DNA of 64,000 nt from the human T2T-CHM13v2.0 reference genome, Homo sapiens: assembly GCF_009914755.1 (NCBI RefSeq), contig NC_060933.1; one strand, given 5' to 3'. This document shows positions 29,101 to 42,444 of this stretch, in pieces. The notes under the pieces were generated by a model, which did no database searches, was not told the DNA's origin, and worked only from the letters and a program-made list of their open reading frames with translations. The translations under genes and the position numbers were made by a program. The first letter of the stretch is position 1, and the number at the start of each line of letters is the position of its first letter.

Positions 29101-32100
29101 ATTCCCCTGTACTCGGGTTGATTCCATTCCATTCCATTCCAATCCATGCCATTCCACTCGTTTTGATTCCATTCTTTCCATTCCATTCAAGTTGAATCCA
29201 TTCCATTGCATTCCATTCCATTCCATTACCCTGCAGTCGGGTTGATTCCATTCCATTCCATTCCATTCCATTCCATTCCATTCCATTCCGTTCCGTTCCA
29301 TTCCATTACATTCCATTCTATTCGGGTTAATTCCATTCCATTCCATTCCATTCCATTCCAATCGAGTTGATTCCATTCCATTCCATTCCATTCCATTCCA
29401 CTCCATTCCAGTCCTTTCCATTCCATTCCACTCGGGTTGATTCCAATGTATTCCATTCCATTCCACTCCATTCCATTGCACTCGGGTTGATTCCATTGCA
29501 TTCCATTCCATTCCATTCCATTCCATTCCATTCCATTCCGTTCCATTCCATTCCATTCCATTCGGGTTAATTCCATTCCATTCCATTCCATTCCATTCCA
29601 ATCGAGTTGATTCCATTCCATTCCATTCCATTCCATTCCACTCCATTCCGGATGATTCCATTCCATTGCATTCCATTCCATTCCATTCCCCTGCACTCGG
29701 GTTGATTCCATTCCATTCCACTCCATTCCGTTCCATTCCATTCCATTCCATTGTATTCGGGTTAATTCCATTCCATACCATTCCATTCCATTCCATTCCA
29801 TTCCATTACAATCGAGTTGATTCCATTCCATTCCATTCCATTCCAGTCCTTTCCATTCCATTCCACTCGGGTTGATTCCATTCTATTAGTTTCCATTCCA
29901 TTCCATTCCCTTCCATTCCACTCTGGTTGATACCATTCCTTTCCATTCCACTCGAATACATTCCCTCCTATTCCACTCGGAACGATTCCATTCCATTCCA
30001 TTCCATTCCATTCCATTCCATTCCATTACATTCCAATCGAGTTGATTCCATTCCATTCCATTCCATTCCATTCCACTCCATTCCAGTCCTTTCCATTCCA
30101 TTCCACTCGGGTTGATTCCAATATATTCCTTTCCAATCCATTCCATTCCATTGCAATCGAGTTGATTCCATTGCTTTGCATTCCATTCCATTCCATTCCA
30201 TTCCGGATGATTCCATTCCATTGCATTCCGTTCCATTCCATTCCCCTGCACTCGGGTTGATTCCATTCCATTCCACTCCATTCCGTTCCATTCCATTCCA
30301 TTGCATTGTATTTGGGTTAATTCCATTCCATTCCATTCCATTCCATTCCATTCCATTCCATTACAATCGAGTTGATTCCATTCCATTCCATTCCGTTCCA
30401 GTCCTTTCCATTCCATTCCTCTCGGGTTGATTCCATTCTATTAGTTTCCATTCCATTCCATTCCCTTCAATTCCACTCAGGTTGTTTCCATTCCTTTCCA
30501 TTCCACTCGAATACATTCCCTCCTATTCCACTCGGAACGATTCCATTCCATTCCATTCCATTCCATTCCATTCCATTCCATTCCATTCCACTCCATTCCA
30601 TTCCATTCCATTCCATTTCGTTCCATTCCATTCTATTCCGTATCATTCCATTCCATTCCATTACATTCCATTCCATTCCATTCCATTGTACTCGGGTTGA
30701 TTCAATTCCATTGCATTCCATTCCATTCCATTCCATTCCCTTCCGTTGCATTCCATTCCATTACATTCGGATTGATTCTATTCAACTCCCTTACTCTCCA
30801 TTACATTCCATTCCATTCGGGTTGTTCCATTCCATTCCATTCCATTCCACTCCATTCCATTGCACTCGGGTTGATTCCATTCCATTCCATTCCATTCCAT
30901 TCCATTCCGGATGATTCCATTCCATTACATTCCGTTCCATTACATTCCCCTGCACTCGCGTTGATTCCATTCCATTCCATTCCTTTCCATTCAATAACAT
31001 TCCATTACAATTCGTTCCATTCCATTCTATTCCGTACCATTCCATTCCATTCCATACCATTCCATTCCATTCCGTTCCGTTCCATTCCGTTCCATTCCAT
31101 TCCATTCCATTCTATTCGAATTAATTCCATTCCATTCCATTCCATTCCATTCTATTCCATTCCATTGCAATCGAGTTGAATCCATTGCATTTCATTCCAT
31201 TCCATTCCATTCCGGAAGATTCCATTCCATTGCATTCCATTCCATTCCATTCCCCTGCACTCGCGTTGATTCCATTCCATTCCATTCCATTCCATTCCAT
31301 TCCGTTCCGTTCCATTCCATTCCATTCCATTCCATTCCATTCCGTTCTGTTCCATTCCATTCCATTCCATTCTATTCGTGTTAATTCCATTCCATTCCAT
31401 TCGATTACAATCGAGTTGATTCCATTCCATTCCATTCCATTCCATTCCATTCCATTCCATTCCTTTCCATTCCATTACGGATGATTCCATTCCATTGCAT
31501 TCCATTCCATTCCATTCCCCTGTACTCGGGTTGATTCCATTCCATTCCATTGCAATCCATGCCATTCCACTCGTGTTGATTCCATTCTTTCCATTCCATT
31601 CAAGTTGAATCCATTCCATTGCATTCCATTCCATTCCATTCCCCTGCAGTCGGGTTGATTCCATTCCATTCCATTCCATTCCATTCCATTCCGTTCCATT
31701 CCATTCCATTCCATTCCATTCGGGTTAATTCCATTCCATTCCATTCCATTCCATTCCAATCGAGTTGATTCCATTCCATTCCATTCCATTCCATTCCACT
31801 CCATTCCGGATGATTCCATTCCATTGCATTCCATTCCCCTGCACTCGGGTTGATTCCATTCCATTCCACTCCATTCCGTTCCATTCCATTCCATTCCATT
31901 GTATTCGGGTTAATTCCATTCCATTCCATTCCATTCCATTCCATTCCATTACAATCGAGTTGATTCCATTCCATTCCATTCCATTCCAGTCCTTTCCATT
32001 CCATTCCACTCGGGTTGATTCCATTCTATTAGTTTCCATTCCATTCCATTCCCTTCCATTCCACTCTGGTTGATACCATTCCTTTCCATTCCACTCGAAT

Positions 32101-35100
32101 ACATTCCCTCCTATTCCACTCGGAACGATTCCATTCCATTCCATTCCATTCCATTCCATTCCATTCCATTACATTCCATTACATTCCAATCGAGTTGATT
32201 CCATTCCATTCCATTCCATTCCATTCCACTCCATTCCAGTCCTTTCCATTCCATTCCACTCGGGTTGATTCCAATATATTCCTTTCCATTCCATTCCATT
32301 CCATTGCAATCGAGTTGATTCCATTGCTTTGCATTCCATTCCATTCCATTCCATTCCGGATGATTCCATTCCATTGCATTCCGTTCCATTCCATTCCCCT
32401 GCACTCGGGTTGATTCCATTCCATTCCACTCCATTCCGTTCCATCCCATTCCATTGCATTGTATTTGGGTTAATTCCATTCCATTCCATTCCATTCCATT
32501 CCATTCCATTCCATTCCATTACAATCGAGTTGATTCCATTCAATTCCATTCCGTTCCAGTCCTTTCCATTCCATTCCTCTCGGGTTGATTCCATTCTATT
32601 AGTTTCCATTCCATTCCATTCCCTTCAATTCCACTCAGGTTTTTTCCATTCCTTTCCATTCCACTCGAAAACATTCCCTCCTATTCCACTCGGAACGATT
32701 CCATTCCATTCCATTCCATTCCATTCCATTCCATTCCATTTCGTTCCTTTCCATTCTATTCCGTATCATTCCATTCCATTCCATTCCATTCCATTCCATT
32801 CCATTCCATTCCATTCCAATCCATGCCATTCCACTCGTGTTGATTCCATTCTTTCCATTCCATTCAAGATGAATCCATTCCATTGCATTCCATTCCATTC
32901 CATTCCATTCCATTCCATTCCATTCCATTCCATTAGTTCCATTCCATTACATTCGGATTGATTCTTTTCAACTCCCTTACTCTCCATTACATTCCATTCC
33001 ATTCGGATTGTTCCATTCCATTCCATTCCATTCCACTCCATTCCATTGCACTCGGGTTGATTCCATTCCATTCCAATGCATTCCATTCCATTCCATTCCT
33101 TTCCATTCCAGTCCTTTCCATTCCATTCCACTCGGGTTGATTCCATTCTATTAGTTTCCATTCCATTCCATTCCCTTCCATTCCACTCTGGTTGATTCCA
33201 TTCCTTTCCATTCCACTAGAATACATTCCCTCCTATTCCAATCGGAACGATTCCATTCCATTCCATTCCATTCCATTCCATTCCATTCCATTCCATTCCA
33301 TTCCATTCCATTCCATTTCGTTCCATTCCATTCTATTCCGTATCATTCCATTCCATTCCATTCCATTCCATTCCATTCCACTCGTGTTGATTTCATTCCT
33401 TTCCATTCCATTCGGTTTGAAGGCATTCCATTCCATTCCATTCCATTCCATTCCATTCCATTCCATTCCATTCCATTCCATTGTACTCGGGTTGATTCCA
33501 TTCCATTGCATTCCATTCCATTCCATTGCATTCCATTCCGTTGCATTCCATTCCATTACATTCGGATTGATTCTATTCAACTCCCTTACTCTCCATTACA
33601 TTCCATTCCATTCGGGTTGTTCCATTCCATTCCATTCCATTCCACTCCATTCCATTGCACTCGGATTGATTCCATTCCATTCCATTCCATTCCATTCCAT
33701 TCCATTCCATTCCGGATGATTCCCTTCCATTGCATTCCGTTCCATTACATTCCCCTGCACTCGCGTTGATTCCATTCCATTCCATTCCATTCCATTCAAT
33801 TCCATTCCATTACAATTCGTTCCATTCCATTCTATTCCGTACCATTCCATTCCATTCCATACAATTCCATTCCATTCCATTCCATTCCATTCCATTCCGT
33901 TCCATTCCGTTCCATTCCATTCCATTCCATTCTATTCGGGTTAATTCCATTCCATTCCATTCCATTCCATTCCACTCTATTCCATTCCATTGCAATCGAG
34001 TTGAATCCATTGCATTTCATTCCATTCCATTCCATTCCATTCCGGAAGATTCCATTCCATTGCATTCCATTCCATTCCATTCCCCTGCACTCGCGTTGAT
34101 TCCATTCCATTCCATTCCATTCCATTCCATTCCATTCCGTTCCGTTCCGTTCCATTCTATTCCATTCCATTCCATTCCTTCCGTTCCGTTCCATTCCATT
34201 CCATTCCATTCTATTCGGGTTAATTCCATTCCATTCCATTCGATTGCAATCGAGTTGATTCCATTCCATTCCATTCCATTCCGTTCCGTTCCATTCCATT
34301 CCTTTCCATTCCATTACGGATGATTCCATTCCATTGCATTCCATTCCATTCCATTCCCCTGTACTCGGGTTGATTCCATTCCATTCCATTCCAATCCATG
34401 CCATTCCACTCGTGTTGATTCCATTCTTTCCATTCCATTCAAGTTGAATCCATTCCATTGCATTCCATTCCATTCGATTCCATTCGATTGCACTCGGGTT
34501 GATTCCATTCCATTGCATTCCATTCCATTCCATTCCATTCCATTCCATTCCGTTCCATTCCATTTCATTACATTCAGATTGATTCTATTCAATTCCCTTA
34601 CACTCCATTATATTCCAATCCATTCTGGTTGTTTCCATTCCATTCCATTCCATTTCACACCATTCCATTGCACTCGGGTTGATTCCATTCCATTCCATTC
34701 CATTGCATTCCATTCCATTCCATTCCAGATGATTCCATTCCATTGCATTCCTTTCCATTCCATTCCCCTGCACTCGGGTTGATTCCATTCCATTCCATTC
34801 CATTAGATTCCGTTCCATTCCATTCCATTCCATTCGGATTGATTCTATTCAATTCCCTTACACTCCATTACATTCCATTCCATTCGGGTAGTTTCCATTC
34901 CATTCCATTCCATTCCTCTCCATTCCATTGCACTCGGGTTGATTCCATTCCATTCCATTCCATTCCATTCCATTACGTTACATTACATTCCGTTCCATTG
35001 TACTCGGGTTGATTCCATTCCATTGCATTCCATTCCATTCCATTCCATTCCATTCCATTCCATTCTATTCGGTTTAATTCCATTCCATTCCATTCCATTC

Positions 35101-37261
35101 CATTCCATTCGATTCCATTCCATTGCAATCGAGTTGAATCCATTGCATTCCATTCCATTCCATTCCATTCCATTCCGGAAGATTCCATTCCATTGCATTC
35201 CATTCCATTCCATTCCATTCCATTCCATTCCATTCCATTCCGTTCCATTCCGTTGCATTCCATTCCATTACATTCGGATTGATTCTATTCAACTCCCTTA
35301 CTCTCCATTACATTCCATTCCATTTGGGTTGTTCCATTCCATTCCATTCCATTCCACTCCATTCCATTGCACTCGGGTTGATTCCATTCCATTCCATTCC
35401 ATTACATTCCATTCCGGATGATTCCATTCCATTGCATTCCGTTCCATTACATTCCCCTGCACTCTCGTTGATTCCATTCCATTCCATTCAATTCCATTCA
35501 ATTCCATTCCATTACAATTCGTTCCATTCCATTCTATTCCGTACCATTCCATTCCATTCCATACCATTCCATTCCATTCCATTCCATTCCATTCCGTTCC
35601 ATTCCGTTCCATTCCATTCCATTCCATTCTATTCGGGTTAATTCCATTCCATTCCATTCCATTCCATTCTATTCCATTCCATTGCAATCGAGTTGAATCC
35701 ATTGCATTTCATTCCATTCCATTCCATTCCATTCCATTCCGGAAGATTCCATTCCATTGCATTCCATTCCATTCCATTCCCCTGCACTCGCGTTGATTCC
35801 ATTCCATTCCATTCCATTCCATTCCATTCCATCCATTCCGTTCCGTTCCGTTCCATTCCATTCCATTCCATTCCATTCCATTCCGTTCCGTTCCATTCCA
35901 TTCCATTCCATTCTATTCGTGTTAATTCCATTCCATTCCATTCGATTGCAATCGAGTTGATTCCATTCCATTCCATTCCATTCCATTCCATTCCTTTCCA
36001 TTCCATTACGGATGATTCCATTCCATTGCATTCCATTCCATTCCATTCCCCTGTACTCGGGTTGATTCCATTCCATTCCATTCCCATCCATGCCATTCCA
36101 CTCGTGTTGATTCCATTCTTTCCATTCCATTCAAGTTGAATCCATTCCATTGCATGCCATTCCTTTCGATTCCATTCGATTGCACTCGGGTTGATTCCAT
36201 TCCATTGCATTCCATTCCATTCCATTCCATTCCATTCCATTCCGTTCCATTCCATTCCATTGCATTCGGATTGATTCTATTCAATTCCCTTCCACTCCAT
36301 TACATTCCATTCCATTCGGGTAGTTTCCATTCCATTCCATTCCATTCCTCTCCATTCCATTGCACTCGGATTGATTCCATTCCATTGCATTCCATTCCGT
36401 TGCATTGAATTCCATTCAGTTCCATTCCATTCCATTACATTCGGATTGATTCTATTCAACTCCCTTACTCTCCATTACATTCCATTCCATTCGGGTTGTT
36501 CCATTCCATTCCATTCCATTCCACTCCATTCCATTGCACTCGGGTTGATTCCATTCCATTCCATTCCATTCCATTCCATTCCATTCCATTCCGGAAGATT
36601 TCATTCAATTGCATTCCATTCCATTCCATTCCCCTGCACTCGCGTTTATTCCATTCCATTCCATTCCGTTCCATTCCATTCCATTCCATTCCGTTCCATT
36701 CCATTCCATTCCATTCCATTCCATACCAATCCATTCCATTCCGTTCCGTTCCGTTCCATTCCATTCCATTCCATTCTATTCGGGTTAATTCCATTCCATT
36801 CCATTCGATTGCAATCGAGTTGATTCCATTCCATTCTATTCCATTCCATTCCATTCCTTTCCATTCCATTACGGATGATTCCATTCCATTGCATTCCATT
36901 CCATTCCATTCCCCTGTACTCGGGTTGATTCCATTCCATTCCATTCCAATCCATGCCATTCCACTCGTTTTGATTCCATTCTTTCCATTCCATTCAAGTT
37001 GAATCCATTCCATTGCATTCCATTCCATTCCATTACCCTGCAGTCGGGTTGATTCCATTCCATTCCATTCCATTCCATTCCATTCCATTCCATTCCGTTC
37101 CGTTCCATTCCATTACATTCCATTCTATTCGGGTTAATTCCATTCCATTCCATTCCATTCCATTCCAATCGAGTTGATTCCATTCCATTCCATTCCATTC
37201 CATTCCACTCCATTCCAGTCCTTTCCATTCCATTCCACTCGGGTTGATTCCAATGTATTCC
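21668..37261 (+). repeat. Recent head-to-tail tandem duplication of ~7.8 kb (21668-29454 and 29455-37261)
   Basis: Markers and ORF-track entries recur at offsets of 7797-7807 (e.g. 23191/30988, 25612/33419). The two copies share private variants such as CCATTAGTTCC (~25128/~32930) and GCATTGAATTCC (~28595/~36402). Confidence 0.9.
23151..29454 (+). repeat. Truncated monomer A (first ~6.3 kb), ending at the duplication junction
   Basis: CATTCAATAAC at 23191 (offset 23,150 from 41), ACTAGAATA at ~25413 and TTTGAAGGC at ~25609. It follows monomer A up to CCAATGTATTCC (to 29454). Confidence 0.85.
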
Positions 37262-40200
37262 TTTCCATTCCATTCCATTCCATTGCAATCGAGTTGATTC
37301 CATTGGTTTGCATTCCATTCCATTCCATTCCATTCCGGATGATTCCATTCCATTGCATTCCATTCCATTCCATTCCCCTACACTCGGGTTGATTCCATTC
37401 CATTCCACTCCATTCCGTTGCATTCCATTCCATTCCATTGTATTCAGGTTAATTCCATTCCATTCCATTCCATTCCATTCCATTCCATTACAATCGAGTT
37501 GATTCCATCCCATTCCATTCCATTCCAGTCCTTTCCATTCCATTCCACTCGGGTTGATTCCATTCTATTAGTTTCCATTCCATTCCATTCCCTTCCATTC
37601 CACTCTGGTTGATACCATTCCTTTCCATTCCACTCGAATACATTCCCTCCTATTCCACTCGGAACGATTCCATTCCATTCCATTCCATTCCATTCCATTC
37701 CATTCCATTCCATTCCATTTCGTTCCATTCCATTCTATTCCGTATCATTCCATTCCATTCCATTCCATTGTACTCGGGTTGATTCCATTCCATTGCATTC
37801 CATTCCATTCCATTCCGTTGCATTCCATTGCATTACATTCGGATTGATTCTATTCAACTCCCTTACTTTCCATTACATTCCACTCCATTCGGGTTGTTCC
37901 ATTCCATTCCATTCCATTCCACTCCATTCCATTGCACTGGGGGTGACTCCATTCCATTCCATTCCATTCCATTCCGGATGATTCCATTCCATTGCATTCC
38001 ATTCCATTACATTCCCCTGCACTCGCGTTGATTCCATTCCATTCCATTCCATTCCATTCAATTCGATTCCATTACAATTCGTTCCATTCCATTCTATTCC
38101 GTACCATTCCATTCCATTCCATACCATTCCATTCCATTCCATTCCATTCCGTTCCATTCCGTTCCATTCCATTCCATTCCATTCTATTCGGATTAATTCC
38201 ATTCCATTCCATTCCGTTCTATTCCATTCCATTGCAATCGAGTTGAATACATTGCATTTCATTCCATTCCATTCCATTCCATTCCATTCCGTAAGATTCC
38301 ATTCCATTGCATTCCATTCCATTCCATTCCCCTGCACTCGCGTTGATTCCATTCCATTCCATTCCATTCCATTCCATTCCATTCCGTTCCATTCCATTCC
38401 ATTCCATTCCATTCCATTCCGTTCCTTTCCATTCCATTCCATTCCATTCTATTCGGGTTAATTCCATTCCATTCCATTCGATTGCAATCGAGTTGATTCC
38501 ATTCCATTCCATTCCATTCCATTCCATTCCATTCCATTCCATTCCATTCCTTTCCATTCCATTACGGATGATTCCATTCCATTGCATTCCATTCCATTCC
38601 ATTCCCCTGTACTCGGGTTGATTCCATTCCATTCCATTCCAATCCATGCCATTCCACTCGTGTTGATTCCATTCTTTCCATTCCATTCAAGTTGAATCCA
38701 TTCCATTGCATTCCATTCCATTCGATTCCATTCGATTGCACTCGGGTTGATTCCATTCCATTGCATTCCATTCCATTCCATTCCATTCCATTCCATTCCA
38801 TTCCATTCCGTTCCATTCCATTCCATTACATTCGGATTGATTCTATTCAATTCCCTTACACTCCATTACATTCCATTCCATTCGGGTAGTTTCCATTCCA
38901 TTCCATTCCATTCCTCTCCATTCCATTGCACTCGGGTTGATTCCATTCCATTGCATTCCATTCCATGCCATTCAATTCCATTCCGTTCCATTCCATTCCA
39001 TTACATTCGGATTGATTCTATTCAACTCCCTTACTCTCCATTACATTCCATTCTATTCGGGTTGTTCCATTCCATTCCATTCCATTCCACTCCATTCCAT
39101 TGTACTCGGATTGATTCCATTGCATTCCATTCCATTCCATTCCATTCCGGAGGATTCCATTTCATTGCATTCCATTCCATTCCATTCCCCTGCACTCGCG
39201 TTGATTCCATTCCATTCCATTCTATTCCATTCCATTCCCTTCCTTTCCGTTCCATTCCATTCCATTCCATTCCATTCCATTCCATTCCATTCCATTCCTT
39301 TCCATTCCATTCCATTCCATTCCATTCCGTTCTATTCGGGTTAATTCCATTCCATTCCATTCGATTGCAATCGTGTTGATTCCATTCCATTGCATTCCAT
39401 TCCATTCCATTCCATTCCATTCCATTCCATTCCATTCCCTTCCATTCCACTCTGGTTGATTCCATTCCTTTCCATTCCATTCGAATACATTCCCTCCTGT
39501 TCCACTCGGAACGATTCCATTCCATTCCATTCCATTCCATTCCATTCCATTCCATTCCATTCCATTCCATTCCATTGTACTCGGGTTGATTCCATTCCAT
39601 TGCATTCCATTCCATTCCATTCCATTCCATTCCGTTGCATTCCATTCCATTACATTCGGATTGATTCTATTCAACTCCCTTACTCTCCATTACATTCCAT
39701 TCCATTCGGGTTGTTCCATTCCATTCCATTCCATTCCACTCCATTCCATTGCACTCGGGTTGATTCCATTCCATTCCATTCCATTCCATTCCATTCCATT
39801 CCATTCCATTCCATTCCATTCCGGATGATTCCATTCCATTGCATTCCGTTCCATTACATTCCCCTGCACTCGTGTTGATTCCATTCCATTCCATTCCATT
39901 CCATTCAATTCCATTCCATTACAATTCGTTCCATTCCATTCTATTCCGTACCATTCCATTCCATTCCATACCATTCCATTCCATTCCATTCCATTCCATT
40001 CCGTTCCATTCCGTTCCATTCCATTCCATTCCATTCTATTCGGATTAATTCCATTCCATTCCATTCCATTCCATTCCATTCTATTCCATTCCATTGCAAT
40101 CGAGTTGAATCCGTTGCATTTCATTCCATTCCATTCCATTTCTTTCCATTTCGGAAGTTTCCATCCCATTGCATTCCATTCCATTCCATTCCATTCCCCT

Positions 40201-42444
40201 GCACTCGCGTTGATTCCATTCCATTCCATTCCATTCCATTCCATTCCATTCCATTCCGTTCCGTTCCATTCCATTCCATTACATTCCATTCCATTCCGTT
40301 CCGTTCCATTCCATTCCATTCCATTCTATTCGGGTTAATTCCATTCCATTCCATTCGATTGCAATCGAGTTGATTCCATTCCATTCCATTCCATTCCATT
40401 CCATTACTTTCCATTCCATTACGGATTATTCCATTCCATTGCATTCCATTCCATTCCATTCCCCTGTACTCGGGTTGATTCCATTCCATTCCATTCCAAT
40501 CCATGCCATTCCATTCCATTCCATTCCTTTCCATTCCGTTCCATTCCATTCCATTACATTCGGATTGATTCTATTCAATTCCCTTACACTCCATTACATT
40601 CCATTCCATTCGGGTAGTTTCCATTCCATTCCATTCCATTCCTCTCCATTCCATTGCACTCGGGTTGATTCCATTCCATTGCATTCCATTCCATTCCATT
40701 CAATCCCATTCCGTTCCATTCCATTCAATTCCATTCCGTTCCATTCCATTCCATTACATTCGGATTGATTCTATTCAACTCCCTTACTCTCCATTACATT
40801 CCATTCCATTCGGGTTGTTCCATTCCATTCCATTCCATTCCACTCCATTCCATTGCACTCGGGTTTATTCCATTCCATTCCATTCCATTGCATTCCATTC
40901 CATTCCATTCCGGAAGATTCCATTCCATTGCATTCCATTCCATTCCATTCCCCTGCACTCGCGTTGATTCCATTCCATTCCATTCCATTCCATTCCATTC
41001 CATTCCTTTCCGTTCCATTCCATTCCATTCCATTCCATTCCATTCCAATCCATTCCTTTCCGTTCCGTTCCGTTCCATTCCATTCCATTCCATTCCATTC
41101 GGGTTAATTCCATTCCATTCCATTCCATTCCATTCCAATCGAGTTGATTCCATTCCATTCCATTCCATTCCATTCCACTCCATTCCGGATGATTCCATTC
41201 CATTGCATTCCATTCCATTCCATTCCCCTGCACTCGGGTTGATTCCATTCCATTCCACTCCATTCCGTTCCATTCCATTCCATTCCATTGTATTCGGGTT
41301 AATTCCATTCCATTCCATTCCATTCCATTCCATTCCATTACAATCGAGTTGATTCCATTCCATTCCATTCCATTCCAGTCCTTTCCATTCCATTCCACTC
41401 GGGTTGATTCCATTCTATTAGTTTCCATTCCATTCCATTCCCTTCCATTCCACTCTGGTTGATACCATTCCTTTCCATTCCACTCGAATACATTCCCTGC
41501 TATTCCACTCGGAACGATTCCATTCCATTCCATTCCATTCCATTCCATTCCATTACATTACATTCCAATCGAGTTGATTCCATTCCATTCCATTCCATTC
41601 CATTCCACTCCATTCCAGTCCTTTCCATTCCATTCCACTCGGGTTGATTCCAATATATTCCTTTCCAATCCATTCCATTCCATTGCAATCGAGTTGATTC
41701 CATTGCTTTGCATTCCATTCCATTCCATTGCATTCCGGATGATTCCATTCCATTGCATTCCGTTCCATTCCATTCCCCTGCACTCGGGTTGATTCCATTC
41801 CATTCCACTCCATTCCGTTCCATTCCATTCCATCGCATTGTATTTGGGTTAATTCCATTCCATTCCATTCCATTCCATTCCATTCCATTCCATTACAATC
41901 GAGTTGATTCCATTCCATTCCATTCCGTTCCAGTCCTTTCCATTCCAATCCTCTCGGGTTGATTCCATTCTATTAGTTTCCATTCCATTCCATTCCCTCC
42001 AATTCCACTCAGGTTGTTTCCATTCCTTTCCATTCCACTCGAATACATTCCCTCCTATTCCACTCGGAACGATTCCATTCCATTCCATTCCATTCCGTTC
42101 CATTCCATTCCATTTCGTTCCATTCTATTCTATTCCGTATCATTCCATTCCATTCCATTCCATTCCATTCCATTCCATTCCATTGTACTCGGGTTGATTC
42201 AATTCCAATGCATTCCATTCCATTCCATTCCATTCCATTCCGTTGCATTCCATTCCATTACATTCGGATTGATTCTATTCAACTCCCTTACTCTCCATTA
42301 CATTCCATTCCATTCGGGTTGTTCCATTCCATTCCATTCCATTCCACTCCATTCCATTGCACTCGGGTTGATTCCATTCCATTCCATTCCATTCCATTCC
42401 ATTCCGGATGATTCCATTCCATTGCATTCCGTTCCATTACATTC
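30948..42444 (+). repeat. Monomer A, second full copy (11,497 bp; carries a 359-bp deletion)
   Basis: A-specific markers at 30988, ~33215 and ~37936. The offset to copy 1 drops from 30,961 to 30,592 across ~41100. Confidence 0.85.
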
